NCBI GenBank assembly: GCA_965116905.1
Contig: OZ220732.1
Coordinates: 2,848,001 to 2,912,000, forward strand
Direction: 5' to 3'
DNA from: Longimicrobiales bacterium
GTDB lineage: Bacteria > Gemmatimonadota > Gemmatimonadetes > Longimicrobiales > Gaopeijiaceae
Length of the DNA: 64,000 bases
Shown in pieces: positions 17,186 to 28,311 of this stretch (the first letter of the stretch is position 1; every line of letters starts with the position of its first letter). The translations under genes were made by a program, and so were the position numbers. The notes under the pieces were generated by a model, which was not told the DNA's origin, did not search any database, and was given only the letters and a program-made list of their open reading frames with translations.

Positions 17186-18256
17186 ATGCGCTCGAACTGG
17201 AAGATGCTGCTGGGGCTGGCCGTCGTCGCGGCCCTGCTCTGGTGGCTGTTCCGCGACGCCGACCTTGCGGAGGTGTGGGCCACGATCCGCGCCGCCAATC
17301 CGGTCTACCTCGTGGCCACTTGCGTGGTGGCCATGGGCGCATTCGCGGCCCGCGCGGCACGCTGGCGCTTTCTGCTTGCCCCCGCGCAGCCCCGGAGCCC
17401 CTACCGGTCGCGATTCGCGGCCGTCTGCGTGGGCTTCATGGCGAACAACCTGCTGCCCTCGGGGCGCGTCGGCGAGCTCGGACGGGCGTACGCCTACAGC
17501 CGGCTGGAGCCGGTGTCCACGGCCACCGCGTTTGCCACCCTCATTGTCGAGCGGCTGCTCGACGGCGTCGCCATATTCGCTCTGGCGACGCTCGCGGTCC
17601 TGAGCGCGACCTTCCCCGCCGAGTCGCTGCCCGAGGTGCTGGTCGCCGGAATTCGCGGTGTGACGCTGCTCCTCGGACTCGTGCTGGTGGGGACCCTGGC
17701 CGTCGTCGCGTCTCCGGCGAAAAGTGTGCGCCTCTTCGGCGCCGTCGCCAGACGCGTGCTGCCCCAGCGCATGGCAGCCGGCTTCGACGCGCTGTTCCAG
17801 GGAATCGTGGCCGGGCTGGCTTCGATGCGGGGCTGGCGCCATATCGTGCCCGCCCTGCTGTGGAGCTTCGTGGTGTGGGTCCTCCAGTCGCTTTCGTTCT
17901 GGATCGGGTTCGCGGCATTCGGCATCGATCTGCCCTTCGCCGCCGCCCTGTTTACGAACGCGGCCATTGCGGTTGCGGTGGCGGTCCCCGCGCCGCCCGG
18001 GTACCTCGGGACCTTTCAGCTCGGGGCGCTGGCCGCGCTTGTCCAGGTCTACTCCGTGGCGGAGGAGGCCGCGATCGGCTTCGCGGTCGGATGGCATTTC
18101 GTCAACTTCTTCCCCATCACCCTGGCCGGACTGTGGTACGCCCGGCGAATCGGGATCACCTTCAGGGACTTCGCTAAGCGAGGCGAGGGGTCCGCGGGCA
18201 CGTCCGGCGCCGGAACCTCCCCGGAGGTGGGCGCGGCGGGGGGCACGCCCCGGTGA
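17186..18256 (+). CDS. Lysylphosphatidylglycerol synthase TM-domain (UPF0104, flippase-like) membrane protein
   Basis: Multiple hydrophobic helices with RAARWR, ANNLLP-GRVGE-R, ERLLD and PGYLG motifs. Confidence 0.88.
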   Translation: MRSNWKMLLGLAVVAALLWWLFRDADLAEVWATIRAANPVYLVATCVVAMGAFAARAARWRFLLAPAQPRSPYRSRFAAVCVGFMANNLLPSGRVGELGRAYAYSRLEPVSTATAFATLIVERLLDGVAIFALATLAVLSATFPAESLPEVLVAGIRGVTLLLGLVLVGTLAVVASPAKSVRLFGAVARRVLPQRMAAGFDALFQGIVAGLASMRGWRHIVPALLWSFVVWVLQSLSFWIGFAAFGIDLPFAAALFTNAAIAVAVAVPAPPGYLGTFQLGALAALVQVYSVAEEAAIGFAVGWHFVNFFPITLAGLWYARRIGITFRDFAKRGEGSAGTSGAGTSPEVGAAGGTPR

Positions 18257-19218
18257 GCCGGCACAGATCGGTCGGAGACGGCGTGCGGGCCCGAGTCACC
18301 ATCCCCTGTCCGGCCAAGGTCAACCTCTTCCTGCGCATCGTGGCCAGGGAGGACACCGGGTACCACCAGATCGAGACGCTGTTCCAGGCGGTCGGCCTGT
18401 ACGACCTCGTGGAGGCACGCATGGGCGACCCGGGGATCGCGCTGCACGTCACGCCGGGAGAGACGGACGCCGGACTGGGCAAGATCGTGGCCGAACTGCA
18501 GGAAGGGGATGACAACACGGTCCTGAGGGCGGCCCGCGCCTTCTTCGGCGCCACGCGGATCGCACCGGCGGTGTCACTCGTCCTGAGCAAATCGATCCCG
18601 GCCGGCACGGGACTCGGCGGCGCGTCCACCGATGCTGCCGGGACTCTCCTGGCCCTCAACGCGCTGCACGACCGGCCGCTGGCATCGGATCAACTCGTCG
18701 AAATCGGGGGCGCGATCGGAGCCGACGTACCCTTTTTCTGCATCGGCTCGCCGACCGCGCTGGCCTGGGGCAGGGGGGACCGCCTGCTGAGCTGCCCGCC
18801 ACCCCCCGCAGCCACGCTTGCCATCGTCGTACCGCGGAACCGGATCGCCACTGCCGAGGCCTACCGGGAGGTCTCGCGCGAACTTGCTCTGCCGGCCCCG
18901 CCGAGGCATCTGCCGGGTCTTGCGGAAGCCGGCTGGGAGGGCATCGCCGCACTGCAGGCCAACGACTTCGAGCGCGGCACGTTCGCTCGCCTGCCCGTGG
19001 CCGCCGAAGCACGGGACATCCTGGTGCGGGAGGGCGCGGCAGTCGCACGCATGACCGGGAGCGGGTCGGCGATCTTCGGGGTGTTCGAGGATCCCGCACA
19101 GGCGCGTCTTGCCGCGCACCGGGCCGGGATGATCACCGGAGTGGCGGCCACGCTGACCGCGCCGACGCTGACGGCGATGCCGCAGGCGGCCCGGCAGCGG
19201 ACCGGGCCGGGAATGTGA
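18253..19218 (+). CDS. ispE: 4-diphosphocytidyl-2-C-methyl-D-erythritol kinase
   Basis: PAKVNLFL, GYHQIETLF, GHMP motif IPAGTGLGGASTDAA, GADVPFF, MTGSGS. Confidence 0.95.
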   Translation: MSRHRSVGDGVRARVTIPCPAKVNLFLRIVAREDTGYHQIETLFQAVGLYDLVEARMGDPGIALHVTPGETDAGLGKIVAELQEGDDNTVLRAARAFFGATRIAPAVSLVLSKSIPAGTGLGGASTDAAGTLLALNALHDRPLASDQLVEIGGAIGADVPFFCIGSPTALAWGRGDRLLSCPPPPAATLAIVVPRNRIATAEAYREVSRELALPAPPRHLPGLAEAGWEGIAALQANDFERGTFARLPVAAEARDILVREGAAVARMTGSGSAIFGVFEDPAQARLAAHRAGMITGVAATLTAPTLTAMPQAARQRTGPGM

Positions 19219-19286
19219 ATCGCGGTTTACCGGATGTAGATTGCAATTGCCGTGATCGCCCGCGCGGGATCCCGGCGAAATCGTCA

Positions 19287-19357
19287 TGGCCCGTGGTCTA
19301 ATGGCAGGACACCGGTCTTTGGAACCGGGGGTGGTGGTTCGACTCCACCCGGGCCAA
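19287..19357 (+). tRNA. tRNA-Gln (anticodon TTG); CCA not encoded
   Basis: Acceptor stem TGGCCCG/CGGGCCA, D arm GTC-TAATGGCAG-GAC, anticodon arm CCGGT-CTTTGGA-ACCGG, T arm GGTGG-TTCGACT-CCACC. Lies in the usual ispE-tRNA(Gln)-prs position. Confidence 0.97.
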
Positions 19358-19360
19358 TGC

Positions 19361-21157
19361 ATGTCGATTCCCGTTCCGTTGACCGCCGTGCTCCTGGCCG
19401 GCTTTTGCCTGGCTGGCGCCAAACCTGCCCCGGCATCCGGTACGGGTGCGGGCGGCGGCGGGGCTCGCTCCGGTCTCGCGGTGACGGCTGCCCCGGTCGC
19501 GCCGCGCCAGGCCGCACAGGCAGTCGACTCGGCCGACGCCCATTCCCGGGCGCGCAGCCTTCAGACCCGCTTCGAGCGCCGGCGCGTACGGGACCTCCCT
19601 CGCACTCTCGGCGGTGGCAGTCACCCCTGCGACGCGATCATCGGACGGCTTTGCATCTGGGACGACGGCGACGACGACTGGGAACCCAGGGAGGAGCCGG
19701 AGTCGATCAGGACCCGGCGCGTCGACCTGCTCTCCGAGCTGGCGTCGCTGGCCCGGGCCGCACCGGGTGACCACTGGATCTTCGGCCAGCGGATCCGCTA
19801 CAGCGTCGAGGCTGGACTCCTCGCCGAGGCGGAGGCGCTGGCGCGCGAGTGCGGGCTTCCGGCGCCCTGGCGCTGCGACGCGTTCCTGGGCTACGTGCAT
19901 CACCATCAGGAGGACTTCGTACCCGCGGAATCCGCGTTTGCGCGGGCACTCGCGGAGATGCCGGCGGACACGGCGGCGATCTGGGCCGATCCGTACCCCC
20001 TGCTGGACGGCGACCTTCGGGAATGGCTGGAGGCCCAACCGGACTCCGCGGCCGCCGCGGGGCGGCTGTGGACGCTTGCGGACCCGCTCCACGTGGTCGA
20101 CGGCAACGAACGGTGGAGCGCGCACCTCAGCCGGTTGGTGTACGCGATGAGCTCCGACGGGGCGATGAGCCCCCACCAGTTGCGCTGGGCCGAGGACATG
20201 ACGGAGGCGGTGGTGCGTTACGGATGGCCCGTCGCGTGGGAGCGCTCGTGGCCGCGTGCAGGCCAGAGCACCATCCAGGTCACCGGACGCGACCCCCCGG
20301 CCTCGGTGCGCACCCTGCCACCCCGCCAGGTGCTCGATGGCGGTCCCGACGGCATGGACGCGGTGGTGTGGGAAATCCCCGACGGCCACGCGCGCAGCGT
20401 CTACCTTCCCACGTACCTCGACACCCTGGGCCCGCTCGACGGGCAGACGGGCAGGTTCTGGCGCGACGATGGCGTGATCGTGATCGGCGTGGCGACCCCG
20501 CCGGATCCGCCGCCCGGCACGCCGCCCCCGGGGCCCGTGGAGGCCGGGCTGTTCGCGGAGACGGGAGGTGTGGCGCGGCCGCTCGAACGCGCGGTTGCGG
20601 AGGCGGGCGAGGTCGTGCGCCTGTCGGGAACGGCACCCTGGGTGGATCGAGGCGTTGTGAGCCTTGAGACCTGGAGGCCGGGCCACCGCCGGGCACATCG
20701 CCTTCGCAAGGGTGTCGGACTGCGCCGGCTGCCGCCCGACCTCCTGGCCATCTCGGATCTCCTGGTGCTCGAAGCCGGAGCGGAACCGGCCGGCTTCGAG
20801 GGGATGCTCGAACTCGTCAAGCCGTCCACTCATGTTCGCGCGGACGAGGATCTGACCGTGGCGTTCGAGGTCTACGGCCTGGGGTTTCGCGCCGAGGGCA
20901 TCGGCTTCAGTGCCTGGGTCGAACGGCGCAACGAGGGTGTGTTCTCGCGGTTCGGCCGCTGGCTGCGGGTGCGGGGCCCCCGCGAAGAGGTGTCGATTCG
21001 CTGGGAAGAGAGTGGTCCGGAGAGCCCGCAGCCACTCTTCCGAACGCTGACGCTCAGGCTTCCGGGACTCGACCCCGGTGAATACCAGGTGGTGCTTGAA
21101 GTGTCGGTGGCGGGAAGGGCGCCGCTGGTGGCACGCCGCGCTTTCGCGGTCTGGTGA
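19361..21157 (+). CDS. Hypothetical secreted protein (signal peptide, helical/TPR-like region, VRYGWP motif reminiscent of GWxTD-type proteins)
   Basis: Long ORF with GC-typical codon usage. N-terminal hydrophobic LTAVLLAGFCLAGA and C-terminal Ig-like beta segment (LDPGEYQVVLEV). Confidence 0.7.
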   Translation: MSIPVPLTAVLLAGFCLAGAKPAPASGTGAGGGGARSGLAVTAAPVAPRQAAQAVDSADAHSRARSLQTRFERRRVRDLPRTLGGGSHPCDAIIGRLCIWDDGDDDWEPREEPESIRTRRVDLLSELASLARAAPGDHWIFGQRIRYSVEAGLLAEAEALARECGLPAPWRCDAFLGYVHHHQEDFVPAESAFARALAEMPADTAAIWADPYPLLDGDLREWLEAQPDSAAAAGRLWTLADPLHVVDGNERWSAHLSRLVYAMSSDGAMSPHQLRWAEDMTEAVVRYGWPVAWERSWPRAGQSTIQVTGRDPPASVRTLPPRQVLDGGPDGMDAVVWEIPDGHARSVYLPTYLDTLGPLDGQTGRFWRDDGVIVIGVATPPDPPPGTPPPGPVEAGLFAETGGVARPLERAVAEAGEVVRLSGTAPWVDRGVVSLETWRPGHRRAHRLRKGVGLRRLPPDLLAISDLLVLEAGAEPAGFEGMLELVKPSTHVRADEDLTVAFEVYGLGFRAEGIGFSAWVERRNEGVFSRFGRWLRVRGPREEVSIRWEESGPESPQPLFRTLTLRLPGLDPGEYQVVLEVSVAGRAPLVARRAFAVW

Positions 21158-21170
21158 CGGCGACTTCAGA

Positions 21171-21200
21171 CTGACACCACCGCAGGTGATTTGCTATAAT
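21171..21200 (+). promoter_or_regulatory. sigma70 promoter with extended -10 for prs-rplY-pth
   Basis: CTGACA (21171-21176), 18-nt spacer, TG-n-TATAAT (21192-21200), about 50 nt before the prs ATG. Confidence 0.7.
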
Positions 21201-21250
21201 ATACGGCTGTCACCGAAACGTCGGCTCCACCACCATACCCCCTCCCGGCC

Positions 21251-22240
21251 ATGGACGAAACCACCGGACGCGGACCTCTGCTCCTGCTCGCGGGACGGGC
21301 AAACCGTCCCCTCGCGCGTGAGATCGCCGACATGCTGGGCACGTCGGCGGAAGGGGTGACGATCTTCAACTTCGCGGACGGCGAGATCTTCGTTCGCATC
21401 GACCGGAACGCGCGCGGGCGCGACGTGTTCATCGTCCAGCCGACCGTGGCCGGGGCTGACAACATCCTGGAGCTGCTGCTCCTGGTGGATGCGGCCAAGC
21501 GCGCTTCGGCGGCCCGCGTGACAGCCGTGGTCCCGTATTTCGGCTACGGCCGCCAGGACCGGAAGGATCAGCCCCGCGTCTCCATCGGGGCCAAGCTGGT
21601 CGCTAACCTCATGGTGGCCGCCGGGGCGGACAGGGTGGTGAGCATCGACTTCCACCAGCACCAGATCCAGGGCTTCTTCGACATTCCGGTCGACCACCTC
21701 TACGCGGCTCCGGTCTTTACCGCCTACTTCCGCGGCAAGGAGTTGCCGGACCTGGTCGTGGTGGCGCCGGACGTGGGTTCGGCCAAGATGGCGCGCGGGT
21801 TCGCAAAACGCCTCGGCGCGTCCCTCGCAATCATCGACAAGCGGCGACCCGCGGCCAACGTGTCCGAAGTGCTCAACGTGGTTGGAGACGTGGACAATCG
21901 CACCTGCCTCATCACCGACGACATGATCGATACCGGCGGTACGATCGCGCAGGCCGTGCAGGCGCTCATCGACCGGGGCGCGCGCAGCGTTTACGTGGCC
22001 GCTACCCACGCCCTGCTTTCCGGCGAGGCGGTGGCCCGGCTCTCCGCCGCTCCGCTCGAGGAGCTGGTCGTCACGAATACCATCGACATCCCCGAGTCCA
22101 AGAGATTCGACCGCCTCAGAGTGCTTTCCGTGGCGGACCTCCTGGCCCGGGCGATCACCTACATTCACTCGAACGCATCGGTCAGCCAGCTGTTCGAACT
22201 GAGAGACCAAAAAGACCCGCCGAAGATCGCTCTGGCTTGA
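21251..22240 (+). CDS. prs: Ribose-phosphate pyrophosphokinase
   Basis: FADGE, PYFGYGRQDRK, QIQGFF, APDVG, IDKRR, DDMIDTGGT. Confidence 0.98.
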   Translation: MDETTGRGPLLLLAGRANRPLAREIADMLGTSAEGVTIFNFADGEIFVRIDRNARGRDVFIVQPTVAGADNILELLLLVDAAKRASAARVTAVVPYFGYGRQDRKDQPRVSIGAKLVANLMVAAGADRVVSIDFHQHQIQGFFDIPVDHLYAAPVFTAYFRGKELPDLVVVAPDVGSAKMARGFAKRLGASLAIIDKRRPAANVSEVLNVVGDVDNRTCLITDDMIDTGGTIAQAVQALIDRGARSVYVAATHALLSGEAVARLSAAPLEELVVTNTIDIPESKRFDRLRVLSVADLLARAITYIHSNASVSQLFELRDQKDPPKIALA

Positions 22241-22268
22241 GCGCTTCGGGCGGCGCAGGGAACACGAC

Positions 22269-22928
22269 ATGGAAGCGAAACTGAACCTCCAGAGACGCGG
22301 CGACTCCGGTAAGGGCGTCGCCCGCAAGCTCCGCCGAGCCGGGCGCGTCCCCGGCATCATCTACGGCGGCGGCGACGAACCGGTCCTGGTCTCGATGGAA
22401 GCCCGCGAAACGCTGCAGCTCTTCCAGTCCATCCCGGTGGACAACACCATCCTCCATCTTTCGCTCGATGGCGAAGCAGACCCCGAACAGGCGCTCGTCA
22501 GGGAAGTGCAGGTGCATCCGTACCGTACCGAACTCCTCCACGTCGACTTCATTCGCGTCCGGCGCGGGGTTCCCATCGAGGTGCATGTGCCGGTGCATCT
22601 CATGGGCCTGCCGGACGGGGTGCGCAACGACGGAGGAATCCTCGACCAGGTTGCGCATGACATCATCGTGAAATGCGTCCCGGCGCTGATTCCGGAGGCC
22701 ATTGAGGTGGACGTCACGCAGCTCGGCGTGGGGGATGTCCTCCGGGCCGGTGACCTCGCGATGCCCGAGGGTGTCGAGAACCTTGTCGATCCCGAACGCA
22801 TGATCTGCGGCGTCGGGGCCGCGAGGCTTGACGACGAAGACCTGGAGGAGGAGGAGGAAGAAGAAGGACTCGAGGTTGAGCCCGGGACGGAGGCCCCGAC
22901 GAGTGAGTCCGCAGAGGACGAGGATTGA
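22269..22928 (+). CDS. rplY: 50S ribosomal protein L25/Ctc (two-domain form with acidic tail)
   Basis: GKGVARKLRRAGRVPGIIYG, VQVHP, HVDF, GVRNDGG; sits between prs and pth. Confidence 0.97.
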   Translation: MEAKLNLQRRGDSGKGVARKLRRAGRVPGIIYGGGDEPVLVSMEARETLQLFQSIPVDNTILHLSLDGEADPEQALVREVQVHPYRTELLHVDFIRVRRGVPIEVHVPVHLMGLPDGVRNDGGILDQVAHDIIVKCVPALIPEAIEVDVTQLGVGDVLRAGDLAMPEGVENLVDPERMICGVGAARLDDEDLEEEEEEEGLEVEPGTEAPTSESAEDED

Positions 22929-22996
22929 GTCCGGCGGGCGCTACGGGTCCGGGTTTTGCACGCTACTCGTCCGATGCAACGGCGCCCTCGCCAGAC

Positions 22997-23575
22997 GTGT
23001 CCGGCGCCGCACCCAAGCTTGTGCTGGGCCTGGGGAATCCCGGGCGGGAATACGACTCGACACGCCACAACGTCGGCTGGTGGGTGCTGGACCGGTTCGC
23101 CTTCGACCATGGCCTCGCGGCCTTCGAACGCCGGCGGGAGCGGCTCGAAACCTCCGGCACGATCGGCGGTCGGGAGATCCGGCTGGTCAAGCCCCGGACC
23201 TACGTGAACCGGAGCGGACTCGCCCTCGCGACGATTCGGCAAACCGCGGGATTCGAGACGGCGCGGGACCTTCTGGTCGTTGCCGACGACATCAATCTGG
23301 ATGTGGGACGGATCAGAATGCGGCCGGGCGGCGGTACGGGAGGCCACAAGGGTCTCCGGTCCGTGTCCGCCGTATTGGGGACTCGAACGTACGCCAGGCT
23401 GCGGATCGGCGTGGGCCTGGCACCCCCGGGCACCGATCTGGCGGCCTGGGTCCTCTCGGCCATGCCGGAGGAGGACGAAGACGTGGTCGTGGCCCTTCTG
23501 CCGGAGATGAGCCGGGCGGTCGCCGTCTGGGCCGAAGAGGGAGTGGAGGCCGCGATGAACCGCTTCAACCGATGA
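22997..23575 (+). CDS. pth: Peptidyl-tRNA hydrolase
   Basis: GLGNPG-Y-TRHNVG, KPRTYVNRSG, GGHKGLRS, RLRIGVG, AMNRFN. Start uncertain (TTG 22925 or GTG 22997). Confidence 0.96.
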   Translation: MSGAAPKLVLGLGNPGREYDSTRHNVGWWVLDRFAFDHGLAAFERRRERLETSGTIGGREIRLVKPRTYVNRSGLALATIRQTAGFETARDLLVVADDINLDVGRIRMRPGGGTGGHKGLRSVSAVLGTRTYARLRIGVGLAPPGTDLAAWVLSAMPEEDEDVVVALLPEMSRAVAVWAEEGVEAAMNRFNR

Positions 23576-23611
23576 CCGCTTCAACCGATGAACCGCTTCA
23601 ACCGATGAACC
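23554..23611. repeat. Tandem repeat, about 3.5 copies of GATGAACCGCTTCAACC, spanning the pth stop
   Basis: Copies at 23554-23570, 23571-23586 (1-nt deletion), 23587-23603, partial 23604-23611. Confidence 0.9.
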
Positions 23612-23635
23612 CTACAACACAGGGAAAATGACGCC

Positions 23636-25699
<2,064 letters not shown>

Positions 25700-25736
25700 G
25701 GCCGGCTGCAATGTTCCCGCCAACGGAGGGTGAGCG

Positions 25737-26966
25737 ATGAGCGGGCGAAAGAGCGCTTCGTTCGACGGTGCCGTCGCGTTCGCGCAGGACCTGATCCGCA
25801 TCCCGTCGCTCCCGGGTGAGGAGGGCGAGCTCACGCACCGCGTGGTCGCCGAAATGGAGACGCTGGGCTACGACGGCGTCTACACGGACGAGCTCGGCAA
25901 CGCGATCGGCGTCGTGCGGGGCGGAGCTGGCGCCACGGTCATGCTGAGCGCCCATCTGGACATGGTCGCGGCCGGCGACCACGACGAATGGGAATACCCG
26001 CCCTTCGGCGGCGTCATAGCCGACGGCTGCCTGCATGGGCGCGGTGCCATGGACATCAAGGGACCCCTGGCGCTCCAGGTCCACGTGGCTGCTGCCCTGC
26101 GCGGCAGGGTGCCGGGAGACATCATCGTCGCCCACCCCGTCTACGAGGAACGCGGCGGCTGGGGAATGGACCACCTCACCCGGGTCGACGGCGGTCTGCG
26201 TCCCGACGTGGTGATCATCGGCGAGTCCACGCACGGCGACGTCGCGATCGGCCATCGGGGCCGGTGCGAGGTCGAGATCCTCGGGTACGGTCTGGCGGGC
26301 CACGCCTCGGCTCCGGATCGCGCCCGCAACGCGCTCGACCTGGCGCCCGCGATCCTGGCCGGGGTCAAGGACCTGGCGTCGGCCCAGGAGGCCGACGACG
26401 TGCTCGGCCGGGCCTCCGTGGTGGCGACGGGCATCGACGCCGTCCCGGCGAGCCTGAACGTGATTCCGGATCGCATCACCGTCACCCTCGATTGGCGCAT
26501 CCTTCCGGGAGACACCGAGGAGAGCCTGCTCACCCGCGTCCGCGACGCCCTGAAGCCGCACCTGAAGCGCATGGAGGCGGACGGCTGGCCCGGTGCCGGC
26601 GAATCGGTGGAGGTGCGTGTCGCGACCGAACGCCAGCGCGCGTATACGGGAGTGGAGGAGGAGCGCAGCATCCTCAGCCCCGGCTTCCTCATGGACCCCG
26701 ATCATCCCGTGGTCCTGGCGGCTGCGCGGGCCGTCGGGAAGCGAGTTCCGGACCGGTCCGGCGTCCCGGCCACCGTTCGCCCGTGGACGTTTGCCACAGA
26801 CGGAGGCTGGACATGCGGCGTGCGCGGCATCCCCACGATCGGCTTCGCTCCCGGCGAGGAACGCTACGCCCACACCAATACCGAGCGCCTCGATCTGGAT
26901 GAAGCCCGGTGGGGGTACGCGAAATACCTGGATCTGGTTCCCGCGGTGCAGACGGCCGCTCGGTAA
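25737..26966 (+). CDS. M20 family metallo-hydrolase (ArgE/DapE/YgeY-like)
   Basis: AHLDMV, GRGAMDIKG, YEE, IGES, GHRG, GHAS, FATDG, AHT metal-ligand motifs. Confidence 0.9.
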   Translation: MSGRKSASFDGAVAFAQDLIRIPSLPGEEGELTHRVVAEMETLGYDGVYTDELGNAIGVVRGGAGATVMLSAHLDMVAAGDHDEWEYPPFGGVIADGCLHGRGAMDIKGPLALQVHVAAALRGRVPGDIIVAHPVYEERGGWGMDHLTRVDGGLRPDVVIIGESTHGDVAIGHRGRCEVEILGYGLAGHASAPDRARNALDLAPAILAGVKDLASAQEADDVLGRASVVATGIDAVPASLNVIPDRITVTLDWRILPGDTEESLLTRVRDALKPHLKRMEADGWPGAGESVEVRVATERQRAYTGVEEERSILSPGFLMDPDHPVVLAAARAVGKRVPDRSGVPATVRPWTFATDGGWTCGVRGIPTIGFAPGEERYAHTNTERLDLDEARWGYAKYLDLVPAVQTAAR

Positions 26967-27006
26967 CCGGCCCGCCTCAGTCCGCTCGGTAACCGGCCGC
27001 CTCAGT
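26956..27006. repeat. Two-copy direct repeat (26/25 nt) containing the stop codons of both convergent genes
   Basis: CCGCTCGGTAACCGGCCCGCCTCAGT (26956-26981) followed by CCGCTCGGTAACCGGCCGCCTCAGT (26982-27006). Confidence 0.9.
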
Positions 27007-28084
27007 CCATCGGGACGGTCCGCAGCACCTTTCCGGCCACGCGATCAAAGATCTCGTCGAGACTCGTCCCGGTCACCGTCAGGCCATGGTTCTTCAACCC
27101 CACAACGCACCGGTTGGGGTCATCGGCCTCGCGCACGATGTCCGCTACCGCCTTGCCGAGTTCGCGCGTGCCGCAGGGGTAGTTGAACTCCGTTGACGGA
27201 ATCCCTTCCATCCAGCCGTGGAAGTGCAGGATCGCGCCGATCCCCGGGTGCTCCCGGTAGATCATCCAGTGCTCGATCGCATCGACGGAGACGCGCCTGG
27301 GCTCCACGGCCGGCGGGTGGCTCACGACCATGGCGTTCCGTTCGGCGTCATAGTCCTTGACCATGAGAATGTCGCGACCGATTGCCCGCAGGTTCGATTT
27401 GTCGACCCCGCTGGCGCTCATCCAGAACCACTTGTCGTCGAAGCGGGCCGAAACGTTGCCGTAGGAAAGCCCGCCGATGCCGAAGATCCGCTTCACGTGC
27501 CGGAAGTCGCGTGGCGTCAGAACCTCGTCCATGGGGAAGGGCGCCGGCAACAGGTCCAGTTCGTCCAGTTTCCTGCCGGCACGGTAGATCGACCGGGTGA
27601 TGTCGTCCCCGTCCCACAATTCCTTGGGAAGATCCGGCTGGAAGGCATTGTCGATGACCAGCGTCGAGGAGGCCATGGGCTCGATCCGGGCGTAGACCCG
27701 CTCGAAATAGGCCCCGGTCTCGGCCTTGCCCGGCACCACATAGTGGCCTTGCTCCATCGTAATGAAGTGGGCGTCCGGGTCCCCGCTGGACGACGGAATC
27801 AGCCCCACGGCCAGATTGGCCAGCGCACGGAGCAGCGTGGGATAGCCCTGCACGATGTGGTCCGTGAACGGAACCGGGAACTCCGTGACCGCGCAGACGA
27901 AAACGGCCTGTGCCTTCCTTCGAAACGGCTTCGGCTGCCCTTTCGGAAAGAAGTTGAAGATCAGCTTCGCTTCCTCGGACCGGGCGGTGTAGCGGTGCCC
28001 CTCCGCCTCCATGACCCTCCGCAGCCCCCGGGAGAACCACCGGAACGTGTCGCTGTCGGGCGATCCGACGAAAGCAAATGTCAT
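27002..28084 (-). CDS. Class II aldolase/adducin-family protein with an N-terminal extension
   Basis: YGNVSAR, MSASG, SVDAIEH, AILHFH, GLKNHG zinc-binding pattern in the C-terminal half. ATG at 28084. Confidence 0.85.
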   Translation of the reverse strand: MTFAFVGSPDSDTFRWFSRGLRRVMEAEGHRYTARSEEAKLIFNFFPKGQPKPFRRKAQAVFVCAVTEFPVPFTDHIVQGYPTLLRALANLAVGLIPSSSGDPDAHFITMEQGHYVVPGKAETGAYFERVYARIEPMASSTLVIDNAFQPDLPKELWDGDDITRSIYRAGRKLDELDLLPAPFPMDEVLTPRDFRHVKRIFGIGGLSYGNVSARFDDKWFWMSASGVDKSNLRAIGRDILMVKDYDAERNAMVVSHPPAVEPRRVSVDAIEHWMIYREHPGIGAILHFHGWMEGIPSTEFNYPCGTRELGKAVADIVREADDPNRCVVGLKNHGLTVTGTSLDEIFDRVAGKVLRTVPMD

Positions 28085-28260
28085 GGAAAGGATATCCTCG
28101 GTGCATGGAGTTCGCGAACCGTACAAAAGGTTCACACTAAGCGCGAGAACGCAACCCCTCGCAAAGCGGCCGTCGCTGCGCCGTGGCGTCGGACACTTCA
28201 CGCCGTGGCCTCGAACACTTCACTTTGTGACGCGTCTCTGGCTACATTTACCCCACCATG

Positions 28261-28311
28261 TCCCGCTCCGCCAGGGAAGCGGAGCCCGTCACCACACGCG
28301 GTCCGAGGGAG
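28261..28311 (+). ncRNA. S6:S18-type ribosomal leader (autoregulatory cis-RNA)
   Basis: TCCC (28261-64) can pair with the SD GGGA (28307-10). Inner hairpin GCTCCGC-CAGGGAA-GCGGAGC (28265-28285) is followed immediately by CCG (28286-88), matching the known architecture of the S6:S18 leader. Confidence 0.65.

Noticed and set aside
19287..21157. tRNA-anchored genomic island
   Set aside because: No integrase, no duplicated tRNA 3' end, and composition like the rest of the window.
23554..23611. Possible mini-CRISPR
   Set aside because: Repeats are directly adjacent with no spacers, are only 16-17 nt, and no cas genes are present.
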